NCBI GenBank assembly: GCA_963706285.1 | Contig: CAVPLU010000013.1 | Location: forward strand, 96,001 to 160,000 | Reading direction: 5' to 3' | Source: Candidatus Bathyarchaeota archaeon | Lineage (GTDB): Archaea > Thermoproteota > Bathyarchaeia > 40CM-2-53-6 | Length of the DNA stretch: 64,000 nt | Part shown: positions 41,523 through 51,743 of the stretch, piece after piece | How the letters are laid out: each line of letters starts with the position of its first letter | How positions within the stretch are numbered: the first letter of the stretch is position 1 | Notes under the pieces: model-generated | The model's input: the letters and a program-made list of their open reading frames with translations, nothing else | Database searches by the model: none | Told to the model about the DNA's origin: nothing | Translations under genes and position numbers: made by a program

Positions 41523-42074
41523 TCACATGCCTTCTTTGCGTTCGAAGAGGTAAATGCCGTCAAGGAAGACTCGTTGATCCTTCTCCTTGATCTTCGTGCA
41601 TTGTTCAATGTTGGCTGCCGTTTGGCTTACGTCCTGGAGACTGATTCCCTGGATGATTACCTCGTCGCCTGCCGCTTTCACTTTCGAGTCTCCAACAATT
41701 CGGGCGATACGCGGGGTCTTCTCGCCTGTGAAGTTCTCTATCAGTAATTTTCGTTCTTTGTCATTTACTTTTAGGGTGACTGGGAAGTGAGCGTGGACAA
41801 CCTTCATCTTGAATGTGAATCCTGACTCAACGCCTTTGACTATGTTGCGAATCCTAGCCGCCGCTGTTCCCGCCTTTGCGATGTCTGCCTTTCGTGGCCA
41901 CGATGATGTGACACGGACTTGCCCCTTCCCAACTTCCATGATGCATGGTAGGTGGGATAGATCCTCTTCCAACGTGCCTTTCGGGCCTGATGCTTTTACC
42001 TTTCGGTTAGGGATCTCGACTGTGACGTCCGCTGGAATCTCAACGATTCGCTCTACAAGTTCTGTCGGCGCCAT
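41523..42074 (-). CDS. rpl6: 50S ribosomal protein L6
   Basis: GPKG, AHFP, NFTGEK, DQRVFLDGIY. Confidence 0.96.
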   Translation of the reverse strand: MAPTELVERIVEIPADVTVEIPNRKVKASGPKGTLEEDLSHLPCIMEVGKGQVRVTSSWPRKADIAKAGTAAARIRNIVKGVESGFTFKMKVVHAHFPVTLKVNDKERKLLIENFTGEKTPRIARIVGDSKVKAAGDEVIIQGISLQDVSQTAANIEQCTKIKEKDQRVFLDGIYLFERKEGM

Positions 42075-42084
42075 CTCTTGTCAT

Positions 42085-42249
42085 CTACATGTACTTCTTG
42101 AATCCCAATGTCGGGGCTAGTTCCCTGAAACATTGTCTGCACAAATTAAGCCCGTACTTTCGTATGATGGCATCATATTGGCCGCAACGTCTGCACGCGC
42201 GGCTTCCTTTGCCGTATTTTTTCTTCCTCGGCATTTTCTTCTTGGCCAC
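42085..42249 (-). CDS. rps14: 30S ribosomal protein S14
   Basis: Hand translation ...[11 protein letters not shown]...[26 protein letters not shown] (below ORF-track length cut-off). Confidence 0.95.
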   Translation of the reverse strand: MAKKKMPRKKKYGKGSRACRRCGQYDAIIRKYGLNLCRQCFRELAPTLGFKKYM

Positions 42250-42797
42250 TATTGTTGACCCCCAACGATCTCTGTGCCGAAATTGCTTCGGACGAACCGG
42301 ATTGCTTCCTCTTTCGTGACCAAGTGGCTCCGTCCTACTCTGCTCTGTCTGATTCTTCGTCTCTTAACACGGAAACCGGGCCTTTCCATTGTTGCGATGA
42401 CGTCGAACCCAATTATGCCGAGTTCAGGGACGTACTTGGTGCCCGGCACTTCAATATGCTCCTTCACTCCAAATGCGAAGTTACCCTGCCGATCAAAGTT
42501 CGATTCTTTCAAGCGATTTCCAACTGCTTCCAAGGCTCTCTTCATGAACTGGGCTGCCTTTTCTCTGCGCAGTGTGACTTTGCAGGCGATAGGTTCTCCT
42601 TCTCTGATTCCAAAGTCTTTGACTGTTCGCTTTGCTCGCTGGGAAGAGGGCTTCTGCCCTGTAAGCTCGCCAAGGATCTTTCTTGCCTTCTCAAGCTCTT
42701 CCCCTGACTTTCCGACACCTATGTGGACGGTAAGCTTCTCAAGCCTAACCTGCCGCATTGGGTGTTCCTTTGCCGGGGTTTCTTGGACTGCTTGCAT
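42249..42797 (-). CDS. rpl5: 50S ribosomal protein L5
   Basis: [25 protein letters not shown]. Confidence 0.96.
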   Translation of the reverse strand: MQAVQETPAKEHPMRQVRLEKLTVHIGVGKSGEELEKARKILGELTGQKPSSQRAKRTVKDFGIREGEPIACKVTLRREKAAQFMKRALEAVGNRLKESNFDRQGNFAFGVKEHIEVPGTKYVPELGIIGFDVIATMERPGFRVKRRRIRQSRVGRSHLVTKEEAIRFVRSNFGTEIVGGQQ

Positions 42798-42799
42798 CT

Positions 42800-43556
42800 C
42801 TATGCCTCGCCTTCAATCTTGATTATTGGTTTCTCTTCGCCCACAACGAAGAGATAGTCGGCGATGGTTTCGAATCTGTTTCCGGAGGGGTCTTCGATCA
42901 ACGCTGTTGCTCTTCTAGCCGCAGTGCTGGGCTCAAGCTTCATGATCCTTCCGTGCCTCCCGAGGTTTCTTCCGGACGTGACGATCGCGTACGCTCCTTC
43001 AGCAAACTTCAGGTGGCCTACTATCTTTTGAGCCGGGATGCTGATCCTCACTGTATCCCTCGTCTTGTACGTGTCCTCCCTTGGGGTTCGTGAGTCTTGG
43101 ATAGGTATTGCAATGCTTCTGCCATCATGTAGATTGAGCTGGACATGGCCTTTCCTCAACGTGCTCTTGTTTTCAATCCTGCAGAGTTTGGTGTCCGCTT
43201 CGTCCTTTGATATTCGCACTGCTGTCAGGCCTTTGCCAACTGCGGGAAGAATCCGATAGCTCACGTTCGCGTCCGGGTATTCCGACAACATCCATCAAGC
43301 CTGTCGGAAACTTGTGTTCACGTCGAATCTTACCGTCTACGCTGACTCGGTTCTGAGCGAGGATAATCTTACTTTCTCGCGCGTTTCTCGCATAGCCAAG
43401 CATGTCCCTCAGTAGGCTTGAAAGTGGGATGCAGGCCTTCTGAGCGTGGGGACCAGGAATTGGCCTAATAGCCCACTGCGACTCCTTGACATGAATTCGC
43501 CAAAACCGCGGCGACTTCTCTCGCTTGAGATGCCTCTTTCCGCCCTTCTTTCCCAT
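42800..43556 (-). CDS. rps4e: 30S ribosomal protein S4e (frameshift near 43285)
   Basis: HLKR, PGPH, GLMDV, QLNLHDGR, GRNLGRHG. Confidence 0.95.
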
Positions 43557-43559
43557 TCC

Positions 43560-43953
43560 CTATTCAGCCTCCGTCTTTTCAACGACGGTCTTCGGCTCTT
43601 TGAGCGAATCTGCTCGCCATTTGTCGTCCAAGTTCAATCTCGTTATCATGACCTTTGTGCAGTGAACAGAAACCTTTTCCGAGGTGCCAGCGACCTTCTC
43701 TCGGGTCACGCCTTCCACGAAGAGCCTCTGCCTCGTAGTATCTATGTCCGAGACTTTCCCTTCTACTCCAGAGAAGTCGCCGCGGACAATTCGAACTGTA
43801 TCACCGGTTCTCACCGGGACTGATCTTCTCGCCATACGTTGTTCTGAGCTCCACCGACAGGGGTGCAGCAAGGAATTTGTGTCTCTGCCAACTGTGCGCA
43901 GAATATCGCGCTTTTCTTTGTTTGCTTGGTCGAGTCGAGGCTCTTGTATGCAT
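43560..43953 (-). CDS. rpl24: 50S ribosomal protein L24 (frameshift near 43830)
   Basis: PSKQRK, AAPLSVELR, VRTGDTVRIVRGDF. Confidence 0.93.
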
Positions 43954-43959
43954 TACTTT

Positions 43960-44397
43960 TCACACCACTATGTTCGCGATGTTGGCAACTCTAGGCCACC
44001 TCTCTGCTGCCTCTCGGGCGACCGGGCCTCTAATTTCCGTTCCCTTAAGCTCGCCCTCTGGTGTCATGATCACTGCGGCATTATCCTCGAACTGAATTCT
44101 GACGCCCTCAGGCCGGTTAAACGGTCTTCTTTGACGCACCACCACAGCCGGGAACATTTGGCGCCGGAGCTCAGGGGTCCCCTTGGATACGGAGACCATT
44201 ATCATGTCACCGACGCATGCTGCTGGAACTCGTCTGAGTCGACCGTGGTATCCCATGACGTTGATGACTTTCAACTGTTTCGCGCCGGTATTATCAGCGC
44301 AAAAAATTCTGCTTCCTAGTGGTAGACCGCGTGCTACGTGCGGCCTATACTCTACCATTCCCTTTGCGCTGACTGCTCTCGTTCTCGGCGCTGGCAT
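43960..44397 (-). CDS. rpl14: 50S ribosomal protein L14
   Basis: CADNTGAK, FEDNAAVI, GPVAREAAERWP. Confidence 0.96.
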   Translation of the reverse strand: MPAPRTRAVSAKGMVEYRPHVARGLPLGSRIFCADNTGAKQLKVINVMGYHGRLRRVPAACVGDMIMVSVSKGTPELRRQMFPAVVVRQRRPFNRPEGVRIQFEDNAAVIMTPEGELKGTEIRGPVAREAAERWPRVANIANIVV

Positions 44398-44464
44398 ATC
44401 ATGTCACTTTGGATTTTCGGCAAAGAGCGAACTATTCTTCTTTAATGTTTTGATAGTGTCGCGC

Positions 44465-44800
44465 CTAAGCACTTAGAAGGACCTTCTCGATTGCCACAAA
44501 TGTGACTTCTTTGCTGACTGGTCGACATTCCATTATTCTCACGCGGTCGCCGTCTTTCAATTCTAAGCAGGGCGGGTTGTGCGCGAGAATCCTGCTGCGA
44601 CGACGTTCGTAGCGCATGTATTTCTTTGCGTAGTGCAGGTGTCCCCTCTCGACTGTGACAGTGCCGCTCATCTTCGTGCTCACAACCGTCCCATCGAGCA
44701 TCTTTCCTCTTACTGGAAGAGTGCCGTGGAACGGACAGTTCGGATCTTCACAGGGCTTCTGAGGTCGTTTTACTCCGATTCCTATTTCTCGCATCACCAT
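44465..44800 (-). CDS. rps17: 30S ribosomal protein S17
   Basis: CEDPNCPFHG, KYMRYERR, ECRPVSK. Confidence 0.96.
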   Translation of the reverse strand: MVMREIGIGVKRPQKPCEDPNCPFHGTLPVRGKMLDGTVVSTKMSGTVTVERGHLHYAKKYMRYERRRSRILAHNPPCLELKDGDRVRIMECRPVSKEVTFVAIEKVLLSA

Positions 44801-45076
44801 TTCCTCCCTCTTGCCTTCATCCTGTTTTCAGGTCTCCCGACAAGCTTGGCTCCTTCAACTTCCACAATGGAACCATCAGGCAAATCAAACCTGAATACCG
44901 CGATCTCCTTTCGGGATCATCTTCACGCCTTCCCTCGTGCTTAGCTTGACAGTGTTCCTCGTCTCATCGACGATTCGCCCACGAGTGCCCACGATCAGAG
45001 CATTCGAACTTCGCGCAACAATTGTCTTCAATCCAATCAGCTCGTGTCTCAAGATATTCTCTGGTCTGATCGGCAT
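44794..45076 (-). CDS. rnp1: RNase P protein Rpp29 (frameshift near 44910)
   Basis: ENILRHELIGL, GRIVDETRN, ...GRPENR. Confidence 0.9.
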
Positions 45077-45291
45077 TACTCCTTCACGGGCGACTTGGTC
45101 GCCTTGGTCTCCATGGTGAGAAGTCTTGCAATTGTCTTTCGCAATTCTCTGATCCGTGCTGGGTTCTCGATTCGGCCCCCAGATTCGACTGTGGTACGCA
45201 TCTTGGCAAGCTCGATTCTAAGCTCCCTGAGCTTCTTATGCCGCTCATCTGGCAGAAGCTGAGCTCTCTCACGCTTTCGCAGTATCGGCAT
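45076..45291 (-). CDS. rpl29: 50S ribosomal protein L29
   Basis: MPILR, ENPARIRELRKTIARLLT. Confidence 0.94.
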   Translation of the reverse strand: MPILRKRERAQLLPDERHKKLRELRIELAKMRTTVESGGRIENPARIRELRKTIARLLTMETKATKSPVKE

Positions 45292-45955
45292 CTTCCTCTG
45301 TCTCCTCGCTCTTTTCTTCGGTTTCGGCTGCGGTTTCCTTTGGAGGTTCGGGTGCCTCGCCCGGAGTTCTCAGCTCAGGCTTGTCTGGGAACCGTGCTCC
45401 TGGTGGAAGGATTCGCACGGTTATACCAAATAGTCCCTGCTTCAACTGGATGTCAACCACTGCCCTCTTGACTTGCTTGAGCACGGGGTCCCCGACGCTT
45501 GGGAGGTAACCGTCCTTGAATTTCTCATATCTGGCGCGCTCGGTGGTCAATTTTCCACGGATTGCAACGTCAACTCCGAGCGCTCCTGCGCCCATCGCTC
45601 TTTGAAGTGCCCAGTAGGCGGCTCTCCTGAAGTGGATGCCGCGCTGCAAGGCGGAGGCGATTTGAGAACCAACAACCATAGGATCCAGGTCGGGGACTTC
45701 AATGGCCGCGACGGATACCTGTGGATTCTCCATTCCAAATGTCTGTTCAAAGACCTGGGTAAGATCACGAATGCTCTGACCGCGTCTTCCTATTACCATG
45801 CCCGGCTTCGCAGCGTAGATAACAACTCTCGTTCCGAGCGGGGTCTTGGTCATCTCCACTTTGCTATAGCCGGCTTTCTTGAGCTCACCGGCTAGGTAGG
45901 AGTCAATCTCGGCTTTTTTCATATTGTCACGTACAAAGTACTTGCTGACTGACAT
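45269..45955 (-). CDS. rps3: 30S ribosomal protein S3
   Basis: TPLGTRV, PGMVIGRRG, FRRA, GKL..ERAR. Confidence 0.96.
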   Translation of the reverse strand: MSVSKYFVRDNMKKAEIDSYLAGELKKAGYSKVEMTKTPLGTRVVIYAAKPGMVIGRRGQSIRDLTQVFEQTFGMENPQVSVAAIEVPDLDPMVVGSQIASALQRGIHFRRAAYWALQRAMGAGALGVDVAIRGKLTTERARYEKFKDGYLPSVGDPVLKQVKRAVVDIQLKQGLFGITVRILPPGARFPDKPELRTPGEAPEPPKETAAETEEKSEETEEDADTAKA

Positions 45956-46419
45956 CACGCTTGTGCCTCGTATCCGATCAGTTCGATATGGGTGAGAGTG
46001 TTGAAGGATGGGCTTGATCTGCCAAAGGCCCGTGGGACATAGTTCCTCGTCTTCATGCCTCGTTGACTTGCTGCGTGAATTATCCTGAGTCTGTCAACGT
46101 CTAGGCCTTTGTATTCGGCGTTCGATTGCAGTTCCTCCAGCAGTCCGAGGATCCTGGTAGCAGCTTTGGCCGGATACCGGCCTGCATGCCACCGTTCTTG
46201 GCTCTTGTGAGGTACTTCTGTCTTGTAGCGTCGATACGGGATCGGTCGTTTCTTGGAGACGACATCTTCGAGAAGCCGCTTCGCATCATCCAGTCGCATG
46301 CCTCTAATTGTGCAGCAGATTTCTGTTGCGGCTTTGGGCGAGATGCGGAGCTCGCGCCCTGAACACCTCACAGACCGTTCTGGGTCCATCTCCTTTACTG
46401 AATACGCCCAGTTTGGCAT
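45955..46419 (-). CDS. rpl22: 50S ribosomal protein L22
   Basis: ISPK, GRYPAKAA, NAEYKGLD, PRAFGR. Confidence 0.96.
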   Translation of the reverse strand: MPNWAYSVKEMDPERSVRCSGRELRISPKAATEICCTIRGMRLDDAKRLLEDVVSKKRPIPYRRYKTEVPHKSQERWHAGRYPAKAATRILGLLEELQSNAEYKGLDVDRLRIIHAASQRGMKTRNYVPRAFGRSSPSFNTLTHIELIGYEAQA

Positions 46420-46519
46420 GCTCTTCTCCGCCAGTATCTCCGAACGCATGGACGGAGCACCATAAAAACCAATGCCTTTCCCGCAGTCCTAGGAATTGAT
46501 TGAGCAATGACACGTCTTC

Positions 46520-47032
46520 GTGAGCAACGATTATTACGTCTGCTCTTCACCATCGAATTTGTTCATCACGGTGAGACACAGTTTGGCTTCTGGAAGGGAA
46601 GATCAACGAGCGATCGAAGCGGAGCTGAAGGGAACCACGCTCCGAGTCTACTGGGAAGTATTCAAATCGCCAAAGCCGGTAGGCGTCAGAGAGGTGCAGC
46701 GCCTAATCCATTTTTCTAGCCCCAGTACTGCACTCTATCATCTGGAGAAGCTCCGTGAACTCGGAGTAGTGAGAAAGGACGAGTACGGCCATTACGAGCC
46801 TCTCGAAGAAATCCAGCCCAGCCAGTTTCGCATGTTTCTTCGCATCGGCCGCGTCATCTTGCCCAGGTACGTTTTCTACGCGGTATTCTTTGTGGCAGCT
46901 GTCGTGATGTACATTGTGCAGTCGCTTCTCGCAGGCTCGGATGTGAGCGTGATGGCTCTGATCTTTGGATTTAGCGCCGCGCTGGTCTGCACCTATGAAG
47001 CGGTTAGGATTTGGAGGGACAAGATGATATGA
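46520..47032 (+). CDS. Winged-HTH protein with C-terminal TM helices (start uncertain)
   Basis: LKGTTLRVY, GVREVQR...SSPSTALYHLEKL, two TM helices. Confidence 0.78.
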   Translation: MSNDYYVCSSPSNLFITVRHSLASGREDQRAIEAELKGTTLRVYWEVFKSPKPVGVREVQRLIHFSSPSTALYHLEKLRELGVVRKDEYGHYEPLEEIQPSQFRMFLRIGRVILPRYVFYAVFFVAAVVMYIVQSLLAGSDVSVMALIFGFSAALVCTYEAVRIWRDKMI

Positions 47033-47111
47033 GCTCGGTGGGAATTTTCGACTTGTTCCAAACTCTAGATTTAATTTGCGAACGCTACCCGAGAGACAGA
47101 GGGCATTAAGT

Positions 47112-47378
47112 TTGAGGAAAGAACTATCACTCGCAATCATCGCGATAGTATTGGCGCTCATCGCTGTGCAAAGCGCGAGCCTCCTGCAGAATCCCTCAGC
47201 TGCGGCACTAGTGAAGGGCGCATCAGTGCCCGAGACGAGTCCTGTGTCCGAGACAAGTGCCCGTCTGCAGATAGATCAATCGACCTATCTCTCATTGAAT
47301 CAGACTGTCTCGTGGGTGGTCCTAGGTCCACTTGCAATAGCCGCGCTATGTTACATTCTTGTCAGGAGAAGGATGTAG
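47112..47378 (+). CDS. Small hypothetical membrane protein
   Basis: N- and C-terminal hydrophobic helices, basic tail. Confidence 0.55.
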   Translation: MRKELSLAIIAIVLALIAVQSASLLQNPSAAALVKGASVPETSPVSETSARLQIDQSTYLSLNQTVSWVVLGPLAIAALCYILVRRRM

Positions 47379-47448
47379 TCACCTGATGGCAACATAAACG
47401 CGAATTGCTGACGCGTGATGCCCCCTGAACTGTGGGGCAATCCCAAGT

Positions 47449-47841
47449 CTACTTCAGAGGAACATACATTGAGCTTCTAGACGCGCCGATGCCTGGTGTT
47501 CCATGAACCACTTTCTTGTTTGTGATAACGAACTCTCCAAGGTAATGGCCAACCATCTCAGGTCTGATAGCGAGAGAGCTGAATTCTTTGCCGCTATGGA
47601 CGAGCAGAGTCTTTCCAACCATTTCTGGAAGGATGATCATGTCCCTGCAGTGGGTCTTGATCGGTTTGGCTGCTTCTCTCCCGGATATACGTATCTGTTC
47701 AAGGAGTAGCCTCTGCTGGTCCGTGAGCCCCTTCGTGAGCGATCGTCTTTGGCGAGCTGGAAGCAGCTTGATGAACTCGTCCATGGACATCTGCTGAAGG
47801 TCATTGATCGTGTGTCCACGATACGTAAACTCTTTCGGCAT
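47449..47841 (-). CDS. rps19: 30S ribosomal protein S19
   Basis: [28 protein letters not shown]. Confidence 0.96.
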   Translation of the reverse strand: MPKEFTYRGHTINDLQQMSMDEFIKLLPARQRRSLTKGLTDQQRLLLEQIRISGREAAKPIKTHCRDMIILPEMVGKTLLVHSGKEFSSLAIRPEMVGHYLGEFVITNKKVVHGTPGIGASRSSMYVPLK

Positions 47842-47897
47842 TACTTGATCACTTCTCTGAACCTGCTCGACATTGATTAACCAAGACAAAAGAGTTT

Positions 47898-48167
47898 CTA
47901 GAGAATGCCCAACCTAACGGCTAGGTCTGAGGCCTTGTAGTCTGAGGCAAGCTTGACGTAGGCTTTCTTTCGCCCCTCTGGGGTCACAACAGAATTCACG
48001 CGATCAACTCTCACTTCGTATAGTTCTTCAACAGCTCGGCGTATGTCATTCTTAGATGCATCAGCGTCGACAATGAAGGTGATTTTGTTCTCAGCTTCGA
48101 TCAAAGTGACTGCATCCTCGGAGACCAGCGGATATTTGATCACTTCTTGAATGCTCTTTACTGGCAT
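47898..48167 (-). CDS. rpl23: 50S ribosomal protein L23
   Basis: [18 protein letters not shown]. Confidence 0.95.
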   Translation of the reverse strand: MPVKSIQEVIKYPLVSEDAVTLIEAENKITFIVDADASKNDIRRAVEELYEVRVDRVNSVVTPEGRKKAYVKLASDYKASDLAVRLGIL

Positions 48168-48168
48168 G

Positions 48169-48960
48169 CTAGTTCCCCTGCGCAGCGAATCGGTTCTCAA
48201 CGAATTCTAAAGCGGACTTTGTCCAGACTGTGAGCCTTCCAGCATGAGTGCCAGGAGCAAGATCCTCGACGTTCAGATTCGATACCTCAACGATATCGAC
48301 GCCGGTCAGGTTGCGAGCTGCTTTCCCAATCCCTTCATCTTTCAATACGACGAGCAATGGACCTCGCGGATGTTTGATTCGTCTACCTCTCACGCGTCCT
48401 CTGCCTGCACGTATCTTTGCACCGCTGCGTGCCCTCGTGACATCATCCCAGAGGCCAAGTTCTTCGAAAGCCTTCCTAGCCTCCGTCGTGGTCTTCAACT
48501 TCTGGAATTCGTCTGAGACCACCAATGGGATACTAGGTACCTTCTTGAATTCGTGGCCCCTGGACGCGACGAGATCTTTGGAGGCTGTTGCGGCTATGGC
48601 TGACCAAAGAGCCAGAAGGCGCTCCTTCTTGTTGATGCGCTTCGCGAGTCTTCGCTGTGGCGACGGTGCATGAGTCAAGCGGCCTTTGACGGTCATGGGT
48701 GCGAAAGCGGCTCTATTTGCGCCCTTGATCCTCGGAACTCGAGCGAGGTCTTTGCCGACCCCAACAGACTCGGCAGTCGTTCGCTTTCCAGCCATCGGGT
48801 TCCTGCCCTGTGGTTGGTATGTTCTGCTGTGAAGAGCGACAACGACTTTCTGTATCACGTCTGGGCGGAACGGTGCTGAGAAAACGGAGGGCAAACCAAT
48901 GTTTTCATGGGGTTTGCCGCTGATATCGTAGATTTCTATGTTCTTGGAAGGAGATGTCAA
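48169..48960 (-). CDS. rpl4: 50S ribosomal protein L4
   Basis: [26 protein letters not shown]. Confidence 0.96.
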   Translation of the reverse strand: MTSPSKNIEIYDISGKPHENIGLPSVFSAPFRPDVIQKVVVALHSRTYQPQGRNPMAGKRTTAESVGVGKDLARVPRIKGANRAAFAPMTVKGRLTHAPSPQRRLAKRINKKERLLALWSAIAATASKDLVASRGHEFKKVPSIPLVVSDEFQKLKTTTEARKAFEELGLWDDVTRARSGAKIRAGRGRVRGRRIKHPRGPLLVVLKDEGIGKAARNLTGVDIVEVSNLNVEDLAPGTHAGRLTVWTKSALEFVENRFAAQGN

Positions 48961-48963
48961 GGC

Positions 48964-49966
48964 TTAGCGCCCCTGAACGGATTCTAGGCTTAGGTAATCG
49001 AACGTGGGTGGAGGCGCATCTGTGCCTCTGGCTCCACGCCGGAGAGTTATCGCTCTCCTTGCCGGGCCAGGGACAGTGCCGTTTATCATTACGTATTCAG
49101 CTTTGATTTCTCCGTATCTGATGAATCCTCCCTTCGGCGTCACGTCCTTGCCCTCCTGCCCGATCTTGACCACTTGCTTGTTGTACTCGGTCCTCTGATG
49201 GAAACCCATCTGCCCTGCGCGTGGAACTGAATACATGACATAGTGAGGAGTCCATCCTCCAATCGAGCCGACCTGCCTAACCGTCTTTCTTGCCTTGTGA
49301 AACTTGCGACGAATTCCAAATCGTTTCACTGGCCCTTGAATCCCTTTACCCTTAGTTACCCCGATCACGTCTAGCCAGTCGCCTTCCTTGAAGGTGTCAG
49401 AGATCTTGACCTCCTTCCCAAGTTGATTTCGGGCATACTCGAATTGCTCTCTTGGCGTCGCAGCCGCCCAGTTTCACTTCGAGGAGTTCAGGCGTCTTCC
49501 TGCCGAGGCGGACTATCTTAGGCTGGGTTGCTAGCAGTATTCTGATCTCGCTGAGCTTTTCAAGTGAAGACTCTATTTTCGTCAGCCTTTCGCCGTGATT
49601 GATAGATTCTGGCAAGGACAGAAGACGCATCAATTCCTTCTGCGGTTTCTCCATCCAAGCCTCGCCAAGCGTCTGAAGCCCTTTCGGAGTCTTCACGTAG
49701 GCTCTCAGCGCCACTGCAACCATCGGTGGTGTCTCGACGATCGTGATTGGAAACGAAATCTCCTTTCCAAATGTGAGAGAGCCTTCTCTATTGTCAACCC
49801 CAACGGCGGTTCTCATCCCCGCCTTGTACCCAACAAATGCCAACGGCTTCGCCTCTTTGATGCCGGTCGGCCAGTATCTTACATGCCCGATCCAGCTGGA
49901 GGCTCTCGCTCTCGGAAGGTATGCAAGTGAACCTCGTCTTGGAGCAGAAACTTTCCTGTGTCCCAT
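48964..49966 (-). CDS. rpl3: 50S ribosomal protein L3 (frameshifts near 49400-49460)
   Basis: PRRGSL, GYKAGM, TKGKG.QGPVKR, GQMGFHQRTEYNK. Confidence 0.96.
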
Positions 49967-49976
49967 GTCAGCTCAC

Positions 49977-50862
49977 CTATCCGCTAATTGTATTCAAGAA
50001 TGCAAGAGCCGAGTAGACCGCTTCTTCAGTTCGGACGCTCTGCGTTCCTTGATCTGGAACAAAGTTCACAGTGAATGCTGCAACCGTGCTGAGTTTCATG
50101 ACCCTCTTGTGCGATGATCTCATGAAGTCCTCGTTTCGGGGAGCCGAATGCAAGGAGTACACTGGAAGCTCCCGTTATCGATGTCCTCAATTGCTCAAGC
50201 ACTGCGTCCACTTTCTCTCCGAGTCTTGACGTGGCGATAACCACGTCCGGCCCGCTCTCTTGAATGAACCTCCCCAGAGGAAGGTTCTTCAACGTAACCC
50301 GGAAGCCCCAATATATGTCTATCCGGCTGTGATCGATCAACTCAGCGACGATCTTCGGAGCCACTCTGTTGATCCGAACAGACACACGAGATCCACGATC
50401 GAGTCTTGCAGGGATTTCCGCGAGCGATCCAACTCCGATGTCAACCCGACTAATTTGCGCGTTCACCTCCGTCACCACTCCCTCTCTGAGGTCGCCGACC
50501 TTCAAATCGGATGGTCTGGGAGAGACTGGATGATTAGGAGTGCGAAGAGGCGGGAGAATCCCCGCGAAACGCAACTCAGGATTCATTCGCACCAGATGCT
50601 TTCTCAAGTGTTGGGGCGTTTCCATGTAGCTAAGCACTGAGTCAATGAAGTGTCCTTGACTTGCTGATTCACCAGCCGGTAGGTCGGCGTAGATCACAAC
50701 TTCGTCGACTCTGAAGATTCCGAGCGCCCGCCCAAGGAAACCGAGCCGACTCGTCTTTTCCCGGAGGTGAGGGATGTCGGCGACGAATGAACATGGAACC
50801 GCCACCGTGAGCTTCCATCGTCTCTTAAGAGGAGGAGCGTACGCCTGCCCGAGCGCGTTCAT
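49977..50862 (-). CDS. SPOUT RNA methyltransferase, DUF171 family (frameshift near 50090)
   Basis: IFRVDEV, ETPQHLRK, GILPPLRTPNH, QGTQSVRTEEA. Confidence 0.88.
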
Positions 50863-50952
50863 ATCTGAAGTACCGAGTCAAGAGAATGAAGGTTGGACTG
50901 ATGTACTTTGCTTGTCTCGGGACTAGTAGGGTGCTCGAAATCCAGATCGGGT

Positions 50953-51396
50953 TCAGAGATCAAGGATATACCGGGCGACGTACCCTTTCCGAGCAGCGCT
51001 TACTTCCATTCGATGATAGGTGACCGCCTTTATCTCAACCTTCGCAGGATGGCGACCCCTCACGAAGATGCCTCCCTGTGCCTCCGCGACAAGGCGCACA
51101 TTTTCGTTCTGTTCCTCGATCTTCTCTACATGAAACTTCGAATAGACTTTTCCATCTAGGTCAAACTTCAGCAGGAGCTGCTCAAGCCAATCGTGAAGGA
51201 GAGAGACCCGATCATGAGCAGTCACCTCAAACTGATCTGTGAATTCGGACTTGATCGCGGTCGGATCGGTCATAACATCGAACATTGCAAACGCAGACTC
51301 CTCAAAAACGGCAGCAAGCGTCGGCGCATGCACTTCGACATACGCATCAGTCATGTGTGGTAGAAGCTTGTGTCGTGAACGCCCCTGCTTTGGCAT
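50953..51396 (-). CDS. Archease (RtcB RNA ligase cofactor)
   Basis: PHMTDA, EIKAVTYH, C-terminal ILDL. Confidence 0.92.
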   Translation of the reverse strand: MPKQGRSRHKLLPHMTDAYVEVHAPTLAAVFEESAFAMFDVMTDPTAIKSEFTDQFEVTAHDRVSLLHDWLEQLLLKFDLDGKVYSKFHVEKIEEQNENVRLVAEAQGGIFVRGRHPAKVEIKAVTYHRMEVSAARKGYVARYILDL

Positions 51397-51534
51397 GAGA
51401 TCTTCGACATGACAACCGTATTCGGACGTAAATGCGTTCTTGCGCGCCTCACTTGTCAACTCGGACAGTTTCCGTCGGCAAAGTCTTTTAGATGACTCGG
51501 TCTCGATACAGATCTTGTGGTGCCGGGAACACCT

Positions 51535-51692
51535 GCCGGGATATGAGTGATAGTCTCGCATCCCGAAGGCCGAGTGGATTAACGACCCATGGTGGTCGGT
51601 CTATAGGCGCAGGCCTTGAGTCCGCAAAATGCCGGTCTGGAGAGCCTGTGGCCCTTTGGGCCTCGGGGGTTCGAATCCCTCTCCCGGCGCCA
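51535..51692 (+). tRNA. tRNA-Ser(TGA) with three predicted introns (51543-51567, 51582-51604, 51621-51642)
   Basis: Spliced GCCGGGATGGCCGAGTGGATTAAGGCGCAGGCCTTGAGAGCCTG...GGTTCGAATCCCTCTCCCGGCGCCA; BHB helices CGGG/CCCG, GGAT/GTCT, CTTG/CTGG. Confidence 0.88.
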
Positions 51693-51743
51693 AATCTACG
51701 TGACAGAGCGGCAAGACTGCACGAACCGGAGGGAGCAATACTC

